NCBI GenBank assembly: GCA_030324005.1
Contig: JARDVH010000097.1
Span: forward strand, 50,481,530 to 50,545,529
Length of the DNA: 64,000 bases
Source of the DNA: Negaprion brevirostris
Lineage: Eukaryota
Direction of reading: 5' to 3'
The position numbers and the translations under genes were made by a program. The notes beneath the pieces are model-generated. The model made no database searches and was not told the DNA's origin. It was given only the letters and a program-made list of their open reading frames with translations. This document shows positions 61,093 through 64,000 of the stretch, piece by piece (positions within the stretch are counted from its first letter, which is position 1; each line of letters begins with the position of its first letter).

Positions 61093-61809
61093 CAAGACTT
61101 TTTGAATGATTGGAGCCCATTAAACATATTTTCATTTGTAATCTGGATATAGGTTTCCAGATGATTTAGCATTTTAATGCAATGATATGAGCAAGCAGAA
61201 AACATGATTTGATCGTTCCATCTTTGAAATGATGTATGTTATTCTTGAGCAAACAACAGATAATTTGACTTGATCGTAAATTTTAGAGATGGAAAAGTGG
61301 ACAGTACGTTATTTTGAATACTATTTTAGCTCCCAATGGCCTGGCTCTATTTAATTAAATAATTTAGACAACAATTATTAGCACAGTGGGCTGGTTCTGC
61401 CTAGTACTATATCTATTCACTTTAAAGCACTCTCCCCACCAGTCTAGCTTATAAAATTGTATTTCTTTTTATTCTCTGCCTGAAGACTCAAAGTTAATGA
61501 CACATTAATTTATAAATGCTAATTATTTTGTTTTAGAAGTTATGATTGTTATTTTTAGAGTTAAAACTCAAAAGTTAAGAACCCTGCTGATGTTAAATGC
61601 GAGGGTATCCCAAAATCCAGAAGGGTAATTTGAAACACTGTGCTATATTTTCAATTTGGTATAATGCGAGAAAAGATACACAAACCAGGAAGGAACAGTA
61701 AAGTCTTGTTGGGATCAATTAAAGAATATTTATTAGCTCATAAGAAAACACACAAGAAAGTCTATAATATGTAACAAGAGTATAATTAATACTTCAACTT
61801 ATCTGTAGA

Positions 61810-62050
61810 ATCCCATTGAATTCCTACAGTGCCAAAGGAGGCCATTCAGCCCATCGGGTCTGCACCGATTCTCCAAAAGAAGATCCCACATAGGCCTATC
61901 CCCAGCTTATATCCATAACCCTGTGTGTTTACCATGCTAATCCAAGTAAGAAAGACAATGGGACAATCCACCCAACATGCACATTTTTGGACTGTGGGAG
62001 GAAACCACAGCTCCCGAAGGAAACCCATAATAATGGCCATATACACACAG
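61810..62050 (-). mobile_element. V-SINE (HE1-like), antisense
   Basis: cctacagtgccaaaggaggccattcagcccatc...tttggactgtgggaggaaacc. Confidence 0.75.
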
Positions 62051-62309
62051 TGTCTCACAAAGTTACCCCTTCTTCCCAACCACCTATGTTTCCCGAACTC
62101 TGAGAAATGCCCCTTTTTTCCAAACAATATCCAAGGTTATTTGTTCACATTTTGGGAAGCTGTCTTCAGTTTCAATGTTGGAATAATCTTCTTTGTTTGA
62201 GTTTTGCAGTCAACTCAGTCCTAATAGCCTCCTGTAGAGCATAAACAGACCAACCAGCTCACACTATCCTGTCTCTCAGATGACACATTGCTTAATGATT
62301 TGTGGCATG

Positions 62310-63735
62310 TGGACATTGGCAATAAATTCTGCTCTAGCAAGCAATCTCTAAGTGCCCTTGAGAAGATGGTGGTGAGCACCTTCTTAAAACACCGCATCCA
62401 TTGTGAATGTAATCCCGCTGTGCTGTTAGATAGGGAGATCCAGGGTTTTGGTACAGCAACAATGAAGGAATATATATGAAGAAATGTGCAGCTTGAAAGG
62501 GTCCTGGCAAGTGATGGTGCTCCCATGCATCAACTGCCCTTATCTTTCTGGTCCTGTGTCTGAGAGTTGCTGACAGAGAAGCCTTGATGAATTGCTATAG
62601 TGCACCTTATAGAGGGGTACAAACTGTAGCCATGGTGCAGAAGAGGTGGAGGGAATGAATATTTAAGATGATGTGTCCATCAAGCAGGCTGCTTTGTCCC
62701 AGAATATGTTGAGCTCCTTGAACGTTGTTGGAGTTGCATTCATCCACACAAGTAGAGAGTACTCCTTCACCTTGTCTTTGCCTTGTTAAACTTTGAGGAA
62801 TCAGTGGGTATTCAACACAGAAGTCACAACATCTATCCTGTTTTTGTAGCCACAGTATTTATATGGCTGTTAAGTTTCTGATCAGTGATGGCCCTAAGGA
62901 TGCTGATAATGGGGGAATTCATCAATAATAATATTATTAAATATCAGGGAGAGATTATTAGATTCCCTTTTGTTGGAGATGGTCATTTCTCAGTACATGT
63001 GTGGTAGAAATGTTACTAGCCATTTATCATGCAAACCGAAATATTGTCCAGGTCTCAATGCATGCAGATATAGACTGTTTCATTAACAAAGTTACAGCTG
63101 GTACTGGAGACTTTGCAACCCTCATTGAACAGCCCCACTTCTGACCTGATAATGGACAAAGGTTATTGGTGAAACAGTTGAAGATGATTGGGTTGAGGAC
63201 ACGATCTGGGGAACTCTCGTAGCGATATCCTAGGACTGAGCTGAAAGATCTCCAGCAACTATAACCATCTTCCTTTGTGCTAAGCATGACTCCAACCAGC
63301 AGGGAGTTTTTGCTAACTTCATTAACTTGAATTTCATTAGGGTTCCTTAGTGGCACACTTTGGTCAAATGTTACCTTGATGCCGAAGACAGTCACTCTCA
63401 CCTCACCTTTGGAATCCAGCACTTTTGCCTATGTTTACACCAAGGTTGTAATTAGGTTTGGATTCAGTTGTTCCAGTTGGAACCAAGGTGAACATGTTAT
63501 TGGTGAGCCACTTAATAGCATTCTCAGTGACATCTTCCCTCACTCCGATGATGAAAGTTTGAGAGAAGACAGACGGGGTGGTAATTGGCCAGATGTGATC
63601 TCTGCTGCTTTTTGTGGAGCATACATACCTGAGTAATTTTCTACATTGTTGGTAGATATCAATGTTGTAATTATACCAGAGCAGATTGAGTAGAGGCATA
63701 GCTAGCTCTGAAGCAGATGTCTCCAACACTATGAA
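62310..63735 (-). mobile_element. LINE RT and 3' end (2030-type family), antisense
   Basis: Minus ORF LDSKGEVRVTVFGIKVTFDQSV (cf. LD..AFD.V) plus the shared 3' region. Confidence 0.75.
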
Positions 63736-64000
63736 CATGATTTTCCAGCCACGCTCACCTCCAAAACCGGAAAACCCTGCTCGAAGTCAACGCATCTTGG
63801 CAAGATCCTCCTCCTACTGATTTCAATTACGATTCCATGGCAGGCGGGACAGGAAAATTCTCTGTATTATTCAGATACTGTCAGGGCTCATAGCCATTGC
63901 TCTATCCACTGAGCTGTCATTTCTTGATGCAACATACAGTAGGGATTAGGGGAGGTGGATTGGGCATGTTCAATTGTCCCTTGGTGTCAGGGGGATTAGC

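Overview
Vertebrate genomic DNA. The repeat families point to a shark or other elasmobranch. The assembly is a draft with several N gaps, many exactly 100 N. The window holds the 3' half of the metabotropic glutamate receptor 5 gene (GRM5) on the + strand: the 940-bp 7-transmembrane exon (19792-20731), a ~31.4 kb intron, the terminal coding exon (52159-52978, Homer motif PPSPFR and PDZ tail SSSL) and a long, repeat-poor putative 3' UTR. The remainder is intronic or downstream DNA full of decayed mobile elements: CR1, L2 and Rex1 LINEs, V-SINEs and DeuSINEs, a Gypsy remnant with solo LTRs, and PIF/Harbinger fossils. The most unusual signal is a family of Penelope-like inverted-repeat insertions that carry minimal hammerhead-ribozyme motifs with covarying stems. 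Repeat boundaries were read by eye and are approximate. No prokaryotic-type systems are present, and most short ORFs in the track are spurious.
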